From IMG/VR virus record IMGVR_UViG_2645727905_000010, positions 1-14,072 of that record: a DNA stretch of 14,072 nt, one strand, 5' to 3'. Below are positions 1-7,447 of this stretch, one piece after another. Within the stretch, counting starts at the first letter, position 1, and the number at the start of each line of letters is the position of its first letter. The DNA is from a virus. Taxonomy: Duplodnaviria > Heunggongvirae > Uroviricota > Caudoviricetes. Under the pieces are notes generated by a model. That model worked only from the letters and a program-made list of their open reading frames with translations, had not been told where the DNA came from and did not search any database. The translations under genes were made by a program, and so were the position numbers.

Positions 1-30
1 ACACCCACTCTATTTAAATACCGTCTTTTT

Positions 31-80
31 GTCACTGTGTGTCACTGGTTGTCACTCTCCGTCACGGTATGTCACCACAA
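31..80. repeat. Five direct copies of GTCAC at exactly 10-bp spacing (starts 31, 41, 51, 61, 71), immediately 3-prime of the last minus-strand ORF
   Basis: Seen directly: tGTCACtgtg tGTCACtggt tGTCACtctc cGTCACggta tGTCACcaca. Helical phasing would put all copies on one DNA face. Confidence 0.8.
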
Positions 81-81
81 G

Positions 82-375
82 TTAACGTCGTAACCGCTCC
101 GGCTTCTTCCAGTGGTAAGTAATTTTTTCTTTCTCCTGGTACATCTCCACGCGGCGACGATATGACAACAACTCCAGAACTCTGGTGCGTATATTGCGTA
201 TATCCACGCCGTTAAGCTCGATACCGTCACGGCGCATCACCTCAGCCACCACACGCGCGTAATTTTCGGCTATCACGCTGTCCGGCTGCGTGGCCTCCTG
301 TTTGCCTGCTTCCTGGCTGATTCCGGTAACGCGACGGATTATTTTTAGTAGTTCGGTTTCGCTCATTCTCGTCAT
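82..375 (-). CDS. Hypothetical 97-aa protein, translationally coupled to the large terminase (ATGA overlap at 372-375)
   Basis: ORF with ATG at 375 overlapping the terL stop at 372-374. Basic C-terminus. No family recognised by eye. Confidence 0.55.
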   Translation of the reverse strand: MTRMSETELLKIIRRVTGISQEAGKQEATQPDSVIAENYARVVAEVMRRDGIELNGVDIRNIRTRVLELLSYRRRVEMYQEKEKITYHWKKPERLRR

Positions 376-2033
376 ACCCCATCAAACGCCGCAAGCCGCT
401 CTTTGTGGCTGTCGCTTATATCAAATGCAAATTTCTCATGTTCTGCCTGGAATGTGCCAAACGCCATCAGAGCCGCAACGCTCGGGTCTATCTTGTTGGA
501 TGATTTTTTCTTGTTCGGCTTGATATTGGCGTTCGCGTCACTCTGCATCACAACATTACTCATTGACCAGGCCAGCACCGGATCGCCACGATGCACAATC
601 ACCTTCCGGTTAACAAAAACTTCGAACGATTTCGCCGCCGGACTGAAACGAAGGTATGTTTGCGGGAACGGCTCCACCTCAAATCCTGCCCCCTGTAGCT
701 GCGTCCTCAGGTGCGTGGCGTTCCATGTATCGAAGCCCACCAGCCTGATATTGAAATTCTCTGCATCCGCCATGATGTCATCACGGATACGGTCATAATC
801 AATGCAGTCACCCGGTGTTGTGCGTATCCAGCCCGCCTTTACCCACTGGCGATAGATGGCGCGGTTTTTATTGGCGGGGTTCTGTAGCTGAAATTCAGGC
901 AGATAGTGACGGGAAACCAGCATAATCTTTTTACCGACCGGAAAGGCATAGCACACGCTGGAAATATCGCTGGTTGATGATAAGTCCAGCCCCGCGTAGC
1001 ACTCCTGCCCGTATAAATCCGCCTCCGCGAACGTTCCGGCGCACTCCGCCCATGCACCGTTACCCATCCACGGCGTAGCCCCCTGACACCAGATATTGAA
1101 TCGCTTGGTGAGCATTTCCACCCACTGCGACGGAATACCCCGCGCTTTCTGGATGGTTGAGGCCAGTTTTTCACGATCGACGGAAACATCGATATTGGGA
1201 TTCGCCTTTATCCACATCGCCGGATCGTCAACCTCGCTTTCATCATCCAGCTCGTAAATCAGCACGAACATGGATTCGTTCACCTCTTCACCATCCAGTA
1301 TCTGGCAGCAATAGTCATAGTGTTGTTTACAGGCTGAAACAACGTTGCTCCCCGATGTGGTGATGGCAAATAACAGCCCCTCCGGACGCGCCCCCATTCC
1401 CAGTTCAAGCGCGGAATAAACCCCGTTGTCAGGGTGCAGGTGATATTCATCCACAATGGCAAGACTCGGGTTTGTACCTTCAATGGTTGCCGCTTTTGCT
1501 GCCAGTGGCTTTAACAGGCTGTTGGTTTTCGGGTGTATCACCTTGTGTGCCTGAATATTTACCCGCTTTCGTAACGGTCGGGATAAAAGGCACATCTGAC
1601 GCGCATCATCAAACACGATCCGCGCCTGATCACGACTCACGGCGGCGGTGTAAATATCCTGCTGCCCGTTTTCCATAACCAGAAACCAGTTAGCCAGGAT
1701 AGCGGCGACCGTGGATTTGGCATTTTTTCGCGGCACTTCAATGAATGCGCTGGTGTATTTGCGCCGTCCGGTGGCCTTAACCTTAAAGCCCAGGATGCAC
1801 GCAAAGGCGAACTGCTGCCACGGCTCCAGCTCAATGGGGCTACCGCGCATTGCGCCTTTTACGTGCGGACACACCCTGGAAAAGGCAATAAACCGCTCCA
1901 CGACCTCCGGATCGAACGTGTAAAGGGGGTTTTCAAGGTCAGAAAAATACCGTTTAACGGCCTGTTTCAGTCGTTTACAGGCCGTAATTTTGCCGTTTTT
2001 TACGCCTTCTGCGTACTCATGCCAGGCGGTCAA
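372..2033 (-). CDS. terL: Terminase large subunit
   Basis: 553-aa translation has terminase-large character: N-terminal ATPase region and a C-terminal acidic nuclease region (IVDEYH, FDTWN). The first codon at 2033 is TTG, preceded by GAGGA 5 nt upstream. The first in-frame ATG is 61 codons in and would remove conserved N-terminal sequence. Overlaps terS 3-prime end by 17 nt. Confidence 0.92.
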   Translation of the reverse strand: MTAWHEYAEGVKNGKITACKRLKQAVKRYFSDLENPLYTFDPEVVERFIAFSRVCPHVKGAMRGSPIELEPWQQFAFACILGFKVKATGRRKYTSAFIEVPRKNAKSTVAAILANWFLVMENGQQDIYTAAVSRDQARIVFDDARQMCLLSRPLRKRVNIQAHKVIHPKTNSLLKPLAAKAATIEGTNPSLAIVDEYHLHPDNGVYSALELGMGARPEGLLFAITTSGSNVVSACKQHYDYCCQILDGEEVNESMFVLIYELDDESEVDDPAMWIKANPNIDVSVDREKLASTIQKARGIPSQWVEMLTKRFNIWCQGATPWMGNGAWAECAGTFAEADLYGQECYAGLDLSSTSDISSVCYAFPVGKKIMLVSRHYLPEFQLQNPANKNRAIYRQWVKAGWIRTTPGDCIDYDRIRDDIMADAENFNIRLVGFDTWNATHLRTQLQGAGFEVEPFPQTYLRFSPAAKSFEVFVNRKVIVHRGDPVLAWSMSNVVMQSDANANIKPNKKKSSNKIDPSVAALMAFGTFQAEHEKFAFDISDSHKERLAAFDGV

Positions 2034-2373
2034 GCTCGTCCTCTTCCTCTGTTTCCGGTGGATTTCTGCGGCGACTTACCGGGTCAAAACCCAGCAAAGA
2101 AGCCATTTTGATCATTATTCTTTCAGCGTCAGCCTTTGCGCTCAGGGCGGGGTTTCTGCTCTCGCTGCCCTGACTGTTAACAATGCTGAACCCGCGCGTG
2201 GCAAGGTCTTCGACGGCTTTGCGGTATATGGAGTAGTTAACGCAATACAGCTCCAGATTGCTCCAGTCGGCGGGGGTAAGGTCTTCCCGTCCGGAAAGCT
2301 GGCGCGATTTTTCCTTCCACTGCCTGACCGCGATTTCATCCAGGTAAGCGGGGGCTTTTGGTGGTCTTGCCAT
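2017..2373 (-). CDS. terS: Terminase small subunit (P27-like), about 118 aa
   Basis: Translation from MARPPKAPAYLDEIAVRQW resembles P27-family small terminases in size and sequence style. ATG at 2371-2373. The longer ORF to 2514 adds 47 residues with no recognisable similarity, so the start is uncertain. Confidence 0.72.
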   Translation of the reverse strand: MARPPKAPAYLDEIAVRQWKEKSRQLSGREDLTPADWSNLELYCVNYSIYRKAVEDLATRGFSIVNSQGSESRNPALSAKADAERIMIKMASLLGFDPVSRRRNPPETEEEDELDRLA

Positions 2374-2661
2374 GTTCTTTTTTCGCCCAATTATTTTCAA
2401 AAAAATTCCCGTGCACAAAAATTTGAGGAGGCGGTCGGTGTCCGGCAGGGACGGTTTCGTCCTGAAAACCACCCCCACCCCCTCTGACGGCCTCACCAGC
2501 GATTGCGAAAACATTCCATGACCTCGCGGTCACGGTCGGTTAATCGCTTCGCTGTGGTGCGTTCTGTGCGCCCTGTCCTGTTGGCTTTGTGCCCTGTCTC
2601 CTGTGTCTTCCATAAGTCACGCTGCCTTATCAGTCCACGTATCAGCCTGGTTTGCTCCTGT
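2374..2661. other. Candidate cos / packaging-initiation region between the HNH endonuclease and terS
   Basis: 288-bp gap with no convincing ORF. In HK97-like cos phages, as I recall, cos lies between the HNH gene and terS. Contains an imperfect inverted repeat (cagggacg gttt cgtcctg), GC-rich tracts and direct repeats gtgcgccctgtcctg / gtgccctgtctcctg. Confidence 0.3.
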
Positions 2662-3102
2662 TCAGTCATCATCGCCATACATCCAGTCGTTACGGTGTGC
2701 TGCCCGTTCTTCCTGCTCGCGATACATGCCCGCCTTACGGTTCGCTTTCGTGGCTGGATCTTCCCGTGTCGTCTTACGGTTGTGGCACGTCTGGCACAAT
2801 GCCTGGTGGTTCCACTCAGGCCAGAAGAGAACATCACCGCCGCCATTGATGGGGATGATGTGATCCACCACAAGAGCTGGCGTATAAATCCCCTTAGCCA
2901 GACAACGCACGCATAACGGGTTTTTGCTCAGGTACAGGGCGCGGTATTTGTCCCACTGTCGGGAATACCCGCGCGCGCGGCGGTGTCCCCGTCTGGCATC
3001 CTCTGCACGCCATACAGCCCGTCTGTGCTCTTCACACTTGCCGGACTTCACGCGCTTATTACAGCCCGGCTCAGTGCATCGCCTTAATGGTTGCCACGGC
3101 AT
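2662..3102 (-). CDS. HNH endonuclease (packaging-associated)
   Basis: 146-aa translation with N-terminal Cys pairs (CTEPGC, C..C) and the HNH motif region DHIIPINGGGD ... NHQALCQTCHNRKT. ATG at 3100-3102 overlaps the stop of the upstream connector gene by 1 nt. Confidence 0.9.
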   Translation of the reverse strand: MPWQPLRRCTEPGCNKRVKSGKCEEHRRAVWRAEDARRGHRRARGYSRQWDKYRALYLSKNPLCVRCLAKGIYTPALVVDHIIPINGGGDVLFWPEWNHQALCQTCHNRKTTREDPATKANRKAGMYREQEERAAHRNDWMYGDDD

Positions 3103-3404
3103 CAGTACACCCCCACATCACGATAAACCGACCAGAGCGCAGAAATAGCCATAGGCAGTTCAGACTGCTCCACTGGTGAAACTGCTTCCCTGTTCTCGTA
3201 CAGGAAAGCGATGTACATCAGGCAACCAACACGCATTGCCGGGGTAAATTCCAGCCCGTCTTCAAAACGTTTCCCGATATGCTTCTGGCAGGCTTCCAGC
3301 GCCGCATCGGTATACATTTTCAGAAGTTCGCCTTCACCGGATAAATCATCATCAAGTCGAAGATGTGCCCTGACTTCATCAGGTGTAATTCTGGCTTCAC
3401 TCAT
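3102..3404 (-). CDS. Head-tail connector / adaptor protein (gp6-like)
   Basis: Translation from MSEARITPDEVRAHLRLDDD...EACQKHIGKRFE matches the characteristic N-terminus of gp6-like head-tail connector proteins. ATG at 3404 with GGGAG upstream. Overlaps the portal 3-prime end by 8 nt. Confidence 0.7.
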   Translation of the reverse strand: MSEARITPDEVRAHLRLDDDLSGEGELLKMYTDAALEACQKHIGKRFEDGLEFTPAMRVGCLMYIAFLYENREAVSPVEQSELPMAISALWSVYRDVGVY

Positions 3405-4611
3405 CTTTTCTCCCTTTAATTTCCACAGTCTGTTTCCATGCCTGGCTGAACTCATCACCACCTTCACGCGGCGGCATACCCTCGCGTTCGCGAGCTTCGT
3501 TCTGATTCATGATCCCGCTCTTAATCCCTTTCTCATACGTGGCATAACGTTCGGTGGGTGTGGCGCGCAGTAAATCGGCTGAATCAAACTCAACCAGATA
3601 ACGGGTACCAGGTACGGGAGAAGTCACCAGCAAAGCGGCCTTGATTTGCTGTTCGAAGTTCGCCAGCCACGGGCGCATTGTCATGGTCAGAAATGCGCGG
3701 CTCGCCTCACTGAAATTGCTGTAGGTGCTGTTGCTGTATTCCTGAAGAAAAATCGGCGACACGTTGAACATCCTGGCGATGTCTTCAATGGAGAAGCGAC
3801 GGGAGGCCAGCCATTCCGCATCCTGGTTACTCATCCCCAGCTGCCTGTAATCCATGCCCCCTTCAAGGATTGGCGTTTTTCCGGCATTTTTCGCCCCCTT
3901 GTAGCGTTCCAGTGCGTCTAATGCCTGTTTACCTTTCACGCCGTCCAGCCATTCACCTGACGTGATAATCCCTGCCGCCATCATGCCATCTTTCATAATG
4001 CTGGCTCCGTGACGCTGTTGAGCAAGGCCAAGCCCCAGCGCCTCACGGCAAATCGTGACGGGGGAACGCCCCAGAAAGCCATTATCCGAGGCATAGCGGA
4101 GATGCAGAACTTCTTCCTGTAAATACGTGCGCACCGTTCCTGTACAGGGTTCGGTGATGGTATAGCGGTATTTGTGTGTGCCTGTGCGTTCCGGTACAAC
4201 ACACCCCGGCGCATAAGGATGAAGTGATTTTGGCTGCCCGTCCCGCCCCCACTCAATAACCGCATAGGCGTTACCGTTCAGCAGGCAGTGACGCATCATT
4301 GTGCGTTTAAACTGGTAAGGTGTCAGGCACGAATTAGGCTGCTCATTCAGCAGAATATCTACCGGGTGACTGTCCAGCCATTCCCGCGCCTCTCTGCCCT
4401 TGTCATTACGTACCAGATACAGGTAACACGGCATCGTGGCCACCGCCTCAGCGATGACAGAAACCGCGTTCATCACAGCAGGCAATGATTCAGCCGTCCC
4501 GGCAGAAACATATTCTCCGGATCCGGTATTTGGTACACCAGACAACGCCAGAAAATCATCAATGGACAGGTTACGCAGATCGCTTTTTTTACGACTAAAA
4601 GGCCACCACAT
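3397..4611 (-). CDS. Portal protein (HK97 family)
   Basis: About 400-aa translation with portal-like features and an acidic C-terminus. Start chosen at ATG 4611 (MWWPF...), directly after the protease stop. The ORF could extend to 4701. Confidence 0.88.
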   Translation of the reverse strand: MWWPFSRKKSDLRNLSIDDFLALSGVPNTGSGEYVSAGTAESLPAVMNAVSVIAEAVATMPCYLYLVRNDKGREAREWLDSHPVDILLNEQPNSCLTPYQFKRTMMRHCLLNGNAYAVIEWGRDGQPKSLHPYAPGCVVPERTGTHKYRYTITEPCTGTVRTYLQEEVLHLRYASDNGFLGRSPVTICREALGLGLAQQRHGASIMKDGMMAAGIITSGEWLDGVKGKQALDALERYKGAKNAGKTPILEGGMDYRQLGMSNQDAEWLASRRFSIEDIARMFNVSPIFLQEYSNSTYSNFSEASRAFLTMTMRPWLANFEQQIKAALLVTSPVPGTRYLVEFDSADLLRATPTERYATYEKGIKSGIMNQNEAREREGMPPREGGDEFSQAWKQTVEIKGRKDE

Positions 4612-4612
4612 A

Positions 4613-5173
4613 TCACAACCCCGCCAGTTCAGCCCAGCGATGACGATTATTTCCTGCCGGGCGTAATTCAGGGTACTGTGCAAACAACGAACGGTGGGCA
4701 ATCTCCACGCCGGATTCGGGATAAGCAGGCATCGATGTTATCGTGATTTCACGGAGTTCTGCGGCGGTTACAGTACGCAGATACGGTTTTTGCGCGATAT
4801 TCCACTCCTCGCATAATGCGCGAAAGCCAAAGCTCATTCCTGTAATATCGCCACGTTCCACCAGCGTAAGCACATCTTTTCCAAGCTGGGTATTTGGCGG
4901 TGTCAGTTCAAAACGTAGCCCGGTGTTATCCTCAGTCAGTACCAGTGAGCCGGATTTGGTACGCCCCAGCAGTCGGGTATAGTCATGCTCATACAGACAG
5001 CGCACATCATTACCCGTCGCCAGATAGTCAGCAAAAGCCCCCGGCGTGAACTGTTCGCGAAACTCGTCCCAGATAATTTCTGAAAGGCTGTTCCAGCGAA
5101 CGGCATAACCCACCAGTTTTTTATCGCTGGCGGTCAGTTCAGATGTACGGATTTCAAAATCGGTGTTTTTCAT
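4613..5173 (-). CDS. Prohead maturation protease (HK97 family)
   Basis: Translation from MKNTDFEIR contains the HK97-protease-like core (LYEHD...LGR...L.LTED..GLRFE...G.DVLTLVERGDITGMSFGF). ATG at 5173 with GGAG upstream. Confidence 0.88.
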   Translation of the reverse strand: MKNTDFEIRTSELTASDKKLVGYAVRWNSLSEIIWDEFREQFTPGAFADYLATGNDVRCLYEHDYTRLLGRTKSGSLVLTEDNTGLRFELTPPNTQLGKDVLTLVERGDITGMSFGFRALCEEWNIAQKPYLRTVTAAELREITITSMPAYPESGVEIAHRSLFAQYPELRPAGNNRHRWAELAGL

Positions 5174-5191
5174 CGGTGTACTCCATAAAGC

Positions 5192-5214
5192 TGAAAAAGG
5201 AGGCCGAAGCCCCC
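5192..5214 (-). terminator. Putative intrinsic terminator/attenuator between capsid and protease genes (minus strand)
   Basis: Minus-strand RNA would read GGGGGC-UUCG-GCCUCC (6-bp stem including one G-U pair, UUCG tetraloop) followed by UUUUUCAGCUUUAU. Sits 8 nt downstream of the capsid stop. Confidence 0.5.
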
Positions 5215-5222
5215 TTTGCTCA

Positions 5223-6368
5223 TTACTTGCCAGCCTGAATTTCCAGAATCTTGATGGCGTTCGAATCCACCACACCACCGCCCAGATATTTCTGGGTATA
5301 GATGTTAATGAATCCAGGCTCGCTGAAATCCGGACGGGTACGCGTACCGGTTTTATGGTCAACGATGAAATAACCGCGCTTAAAGTCACCGACTGCAATC
5401 ACACCGTCCGGCATAAATTCCAGATATTCAACCGGAAGCCCCAGCAGAGAATCAGGATCACCAGCCTGTAAACGATCGCGCCAGATGTAATCACCAGTGG
5501 CATTTTTCAGTTTTTGTGCGGAGGCGGCTGTATTTGAGTTCATCACCCATACAGCTTTTTTGCGGTACTTATTGCGCAGCGTAAATTTCAGGTCAATCAG
5601 CATATCGGCGCTGAGACTGCCAGTCACTTTTTTCGTCTGGAGCGTACCGAAAGGACGGGTTTTGTCATTATCCGTAGTGCGCGGGAAAGTCAGGAAACCT
5701 TTGGCTTTTTTCTCGCCATCACCGGAAACCAGATCCGTTTCTTCGGTATCAACGAAAGTGTCGCCAATTTCAGAAGATAACCAGCCCATAATATCGACTT
5801 CGGAAAAATCGATAATTTCCTGAGTGGTTTTCGGGTAAGCGTAGATCGGATACAGGCGGATACTGACTTCATTCAGTTTTGGGGTTGCCGTCTGGTTACG
5901 TGCCGCACCTTCTTCGCCGTGTCCCACGACCGCGCCCCCGGCAGAAACCAGTTGCTTAAATTCATTACTGTGAATGGTTTTAACAGTACAGATTTTACGC
6001 ATCACCGACTCATCAGAAAGCTGACGCATAATTTCTCTGTTCAGTTCCGGGATAACCGTATAACCACCATCAGCCGGAACACTGCCGGACAGGTTGCGGG
6101 TTTCCCCGGTCAGAATGTAAGAGCGTAGCTCATTTTTGGTGATTTTATCTTCGACGGGAACACCAGGCTGGTTACGTTCTTCATCAGCCACAGACTCGAG
6201 GCGGGAAATTTCTGTGTCGAGGGAATCGGCTTTTGCACGCAGTTCATCAAACTGTTTGCCTTCGTCATCGTTCAGGCTGCGGTTTTCACTGTCGGCTTTT
6301 TCCAGCAGGGATCGCATCTGGTTTTTCAGGACGGTTTTTTGCTGGCGGAGTTCGATTAATTTCTTCAT
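5223..6368 (-). CDS. Major capsid protein (HK97 fold) with N-terminal scaffold-like coiled-coil domain
   Basis: 381-aa translation with charged, heptad-like N-terminal region of about 100 aa and a C-terminal region typical of HK97-family capsid proteins. ATG at 6368. Confidence 0.9.
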   Translation of the reverse strand: MKKLIELRQQKTVLKNQMRSLLEKADSENRSLNDDEGKQFDELRAKADSLDTEISRLESVADEERNQPGVPVEDKITKNELRSYILTGETRNLSGSVPADGGYTVIPELNREIMRQLSDESVMRKICTVKTIHSNEFKQLVSAGGAVVGHGEEGAARNQTATPKLNEVSIRLYPIYAYPKTTQEIIDFSEVDIMGWLSSEIGDTFVDTEETDLVSGDGEKKAKGFLTFPRTTDNDKTRPFGTLQTKKVTGSLSADMLIDLKFTLRNKYRKKAVWVMNSNTAASAQKLKNATGDYIWRDRLQAGDPDSLLGLPVEYLEFMPDGVIAVGDFKRGYFIVDHKTGTRTRPDFSEPGFINIYTQKYLGGGVVDSNAIKILEIQAGK

Positions 6369-6438
6369 GAAGGTTTTCTCGCATTGGTTAAGATTCAGGA
6401 CGTGAAACCAACACGGGGGGAGCGCCGCCCGACACTCT

Positions 6439-6513
6439 CGGCATCTCGCAGATCAACCCGGCATCGCGCAGGGGGTCAGGCGGCATTGTGGCGGCTCACG
6501 TCTGAGTGCCACA
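6439..6513. promoter_or_regulatory. Candidate regulatory sites upstream of the capsid operon: direct repeats CGGCATC(N)CGCAG at 6439 and 6459, partial third at 6481, plus dyad TGTGGC-N15-GCCACA (6487-6513)
   Basis: Seen directly in sequence. Located 70-145 bp upstream of the capsid ATG (6368) on the transcribed side. Confidence 0.3.
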
Positions 6514-6562
6514 CGCCAACATATACATAAAAATCAGTATGTAAACATCAACCAGAATCACC

Positions 6563-6590
6563 GAACAACCTGGAACAACCACGAACAAAT
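6563..6590. repeat. Three 10-bp-phased copies of GAACAAC(C) (starts 6563, 6573, 6583); reverse complement GTTGTTC matches the repeat unit of the int-alpA array
   Basis: ccGAACAACC tgGAACAACC acGAACAAat read directly. Lies between the replication-operon terminator and the capsid gene. Confidence 0.6.
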
Positions 6591-6611
6591 AATTTACAAA
6601 ACCTGAAAAAA

Positions 6612-6632
6612 GGCCCGGAAAAAATCCGGGCC
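6612..6632 (-). terminator. Strong intrinsic terminator ending the replication/ssb/FinO operon (bidirectional hairpin)
   Basis: GGCCCGG-aaaaaat-CCGGGCC perfect 7-bp stem flanked by A-run on plus (T-run for minus-strand RNA) and T-rich tract on the other side. Follows the stop of ORF 6642..6890 within 10 nt. Confidence 0.75.
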
Positions 6633-6641
6633 TTTATCGCT

Positions 6642-6890
6642 TTATTGTTTCACTGGCTCCCGCATTCTGCGTCTTATTTTCCACAAATATTCGATCATCG
6701 CTTCCACCTGCTCACGGTTGGTTGCGAAAATTTCCCCGGTCAGTGAGCTACGCAGAAAATCATGATGATCCACAAAAAATAACGCATCGGAAGAAAGCAA
6801 CCGACGATATTTTTTTGCTGTCGTGGTTTCCAGATCATCAAAACCATGAAGCTTTTTATGTTGCTGAACTTCTTCAAATGTCACTGGCAT
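6642..6890 (-). CDS. Hypothetical 82-aa protein
   Basis: ORF with ATG at 6890 overlapping the FinO-like gene stop by 10 nt (operon context). No family recognised. Confidence 0.5.
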   Translation of the reverse strand: MPVTFEEVQQHKKLHGFDDLETTTAKKYRRLLSSDALFFVDHHDFLRSSLTGEIFATNREQVEAMIEYLWKIRRRMREPVKQ

Positions 6891-7411
6891 GTATCCCCCT
6901 TTGCTGCCCGGCGCTGGCGCTTGTGCTTCTCATTCAGCACCATCAGCCGTGTTTCTGCCTCCTGCTGTTCCTGTGGTGTCACTTCCCCACATGGCTGGCC
7001 TTTCAGATCGTAACGTGCGCCACCAGCTATCAGGGCGCGGTAATAGCGCGGAGACTGCGCATAGGATGCCAGCGTCGCACGTAATACCCCCGGCCCGAAT
7101 GCCAGCCCCCTGACGGCGATATCCTGCATCAGGTCGTCGAATATCCCCACCTTAAGCGGCTTCGGTGCTTTATGGCTGAATAAGTCAGGCCACATCTCAG
7201 TGAGGCGGTTAACGCGTCGGCGGTTTTTGCGCTGCCTTTTGGTCATATGCTGCCACGGTGTCGCCCCTGTGGGCTTCTGCTGTGCGTTCTGATTGCCGGG
7301 TATCACTTTATGCGCCGATGTGGTTTTATCCTGCTCTTGCGCCGCCTGCGTCGTTTTCTGCGGCGTGCCGTAAATGCCTTTCGGCTTCCGGTTAATGGTC
7401 AGCGTTGTCAT
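6881..7411 (-). CDS. ProQ/FinO-domain RNA-binding protein
   Basis: Core region WPDLFSHKAPKPLKVGIFDDLMQDIAVRGLAFGPGVLRATLASYAQSPRYYRALIAGGARYDLKGQPCGEVTPQEQQEAE resembles the ProQ/FinO fold signature (CF..PLKIGI.DL...S...LR.AL..Y..S.RY......G..R.DL.G...G.V). Basic Lys/Arg tail. Confidence 0.8.
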   Translation of the reverse strand: MTTLTINRKPKGIYGTPQKTTQAAQEQDKTTSAHKVIPGNQNAQQKPTGATPWQHMTKRQRKNRRRVNRLTEMWPDLFSHKAPKPLKVGIFDDLMQDIAVRGLAFGPGVLRATLASYAQSPRYYRALIAGGARYDLKGQPCGEVTPQEQQEAETRLMVLNEKHKRQRRAAKGDTCQ

Positions 7412-7447
7412 GCCTTCCCCTGTAATTACTCTGTTCGCTGTTGTGAA

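Noticed and set aside
31-80. CRISPR array as explanation for the short phased repeats (also 6563-6590 and 12771-12820)
   Set aside because: Repeat units are 5-7 bp at 10-bp period with no spacers of CRISPR length and no cas genes. Pattern fits protein-binding sites, not CRISPR.
290-2487. Multiple plus-strand ORFs (60-165 aa) inside the terminase genes
   Set aside because: Antisense shadow ORFs of strongly supported minus-strand genes. No start/SD context and no recognisable protein character.
2374-2514. Longer N-terminal extension of terS (start at 2514)
   Set aside because: Adds 47 residues (MFSQSLVRPSEGVGVVFRTK...) with no terminase character. The ATG at 2373 gives a protein of typical small-terminase length. 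Kept only as an alternative start.
2493-2873. 126-aa minus-strand ORF overlapping the HNH gene and extending into the HNH-terS gap
   Set aside because: Upstream part is an alternative frame of the well-supported HNH gene. The remaining 58 codons are highly charged and low-complexity with no convincing SD. The gap is more plausibly a cos/regulatory region.
4612-4701. Longer portal start at 4701
   Set aside because: Would overlap the protease gene by about 90 nt. The ATG at 4611 immediately follows the protease stop. Not excluded.
6439-6513. P2 Ogr / P4 Delta late-promoter site (TGT-N12-ACA) upstream of the capsid gene
   Set aside because: The dyad present is TGTGGC-N15-GCCACA (TGT to ACA spacing 21), not the N12 spacing expected. 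Kept as a generic candidate activator site only.
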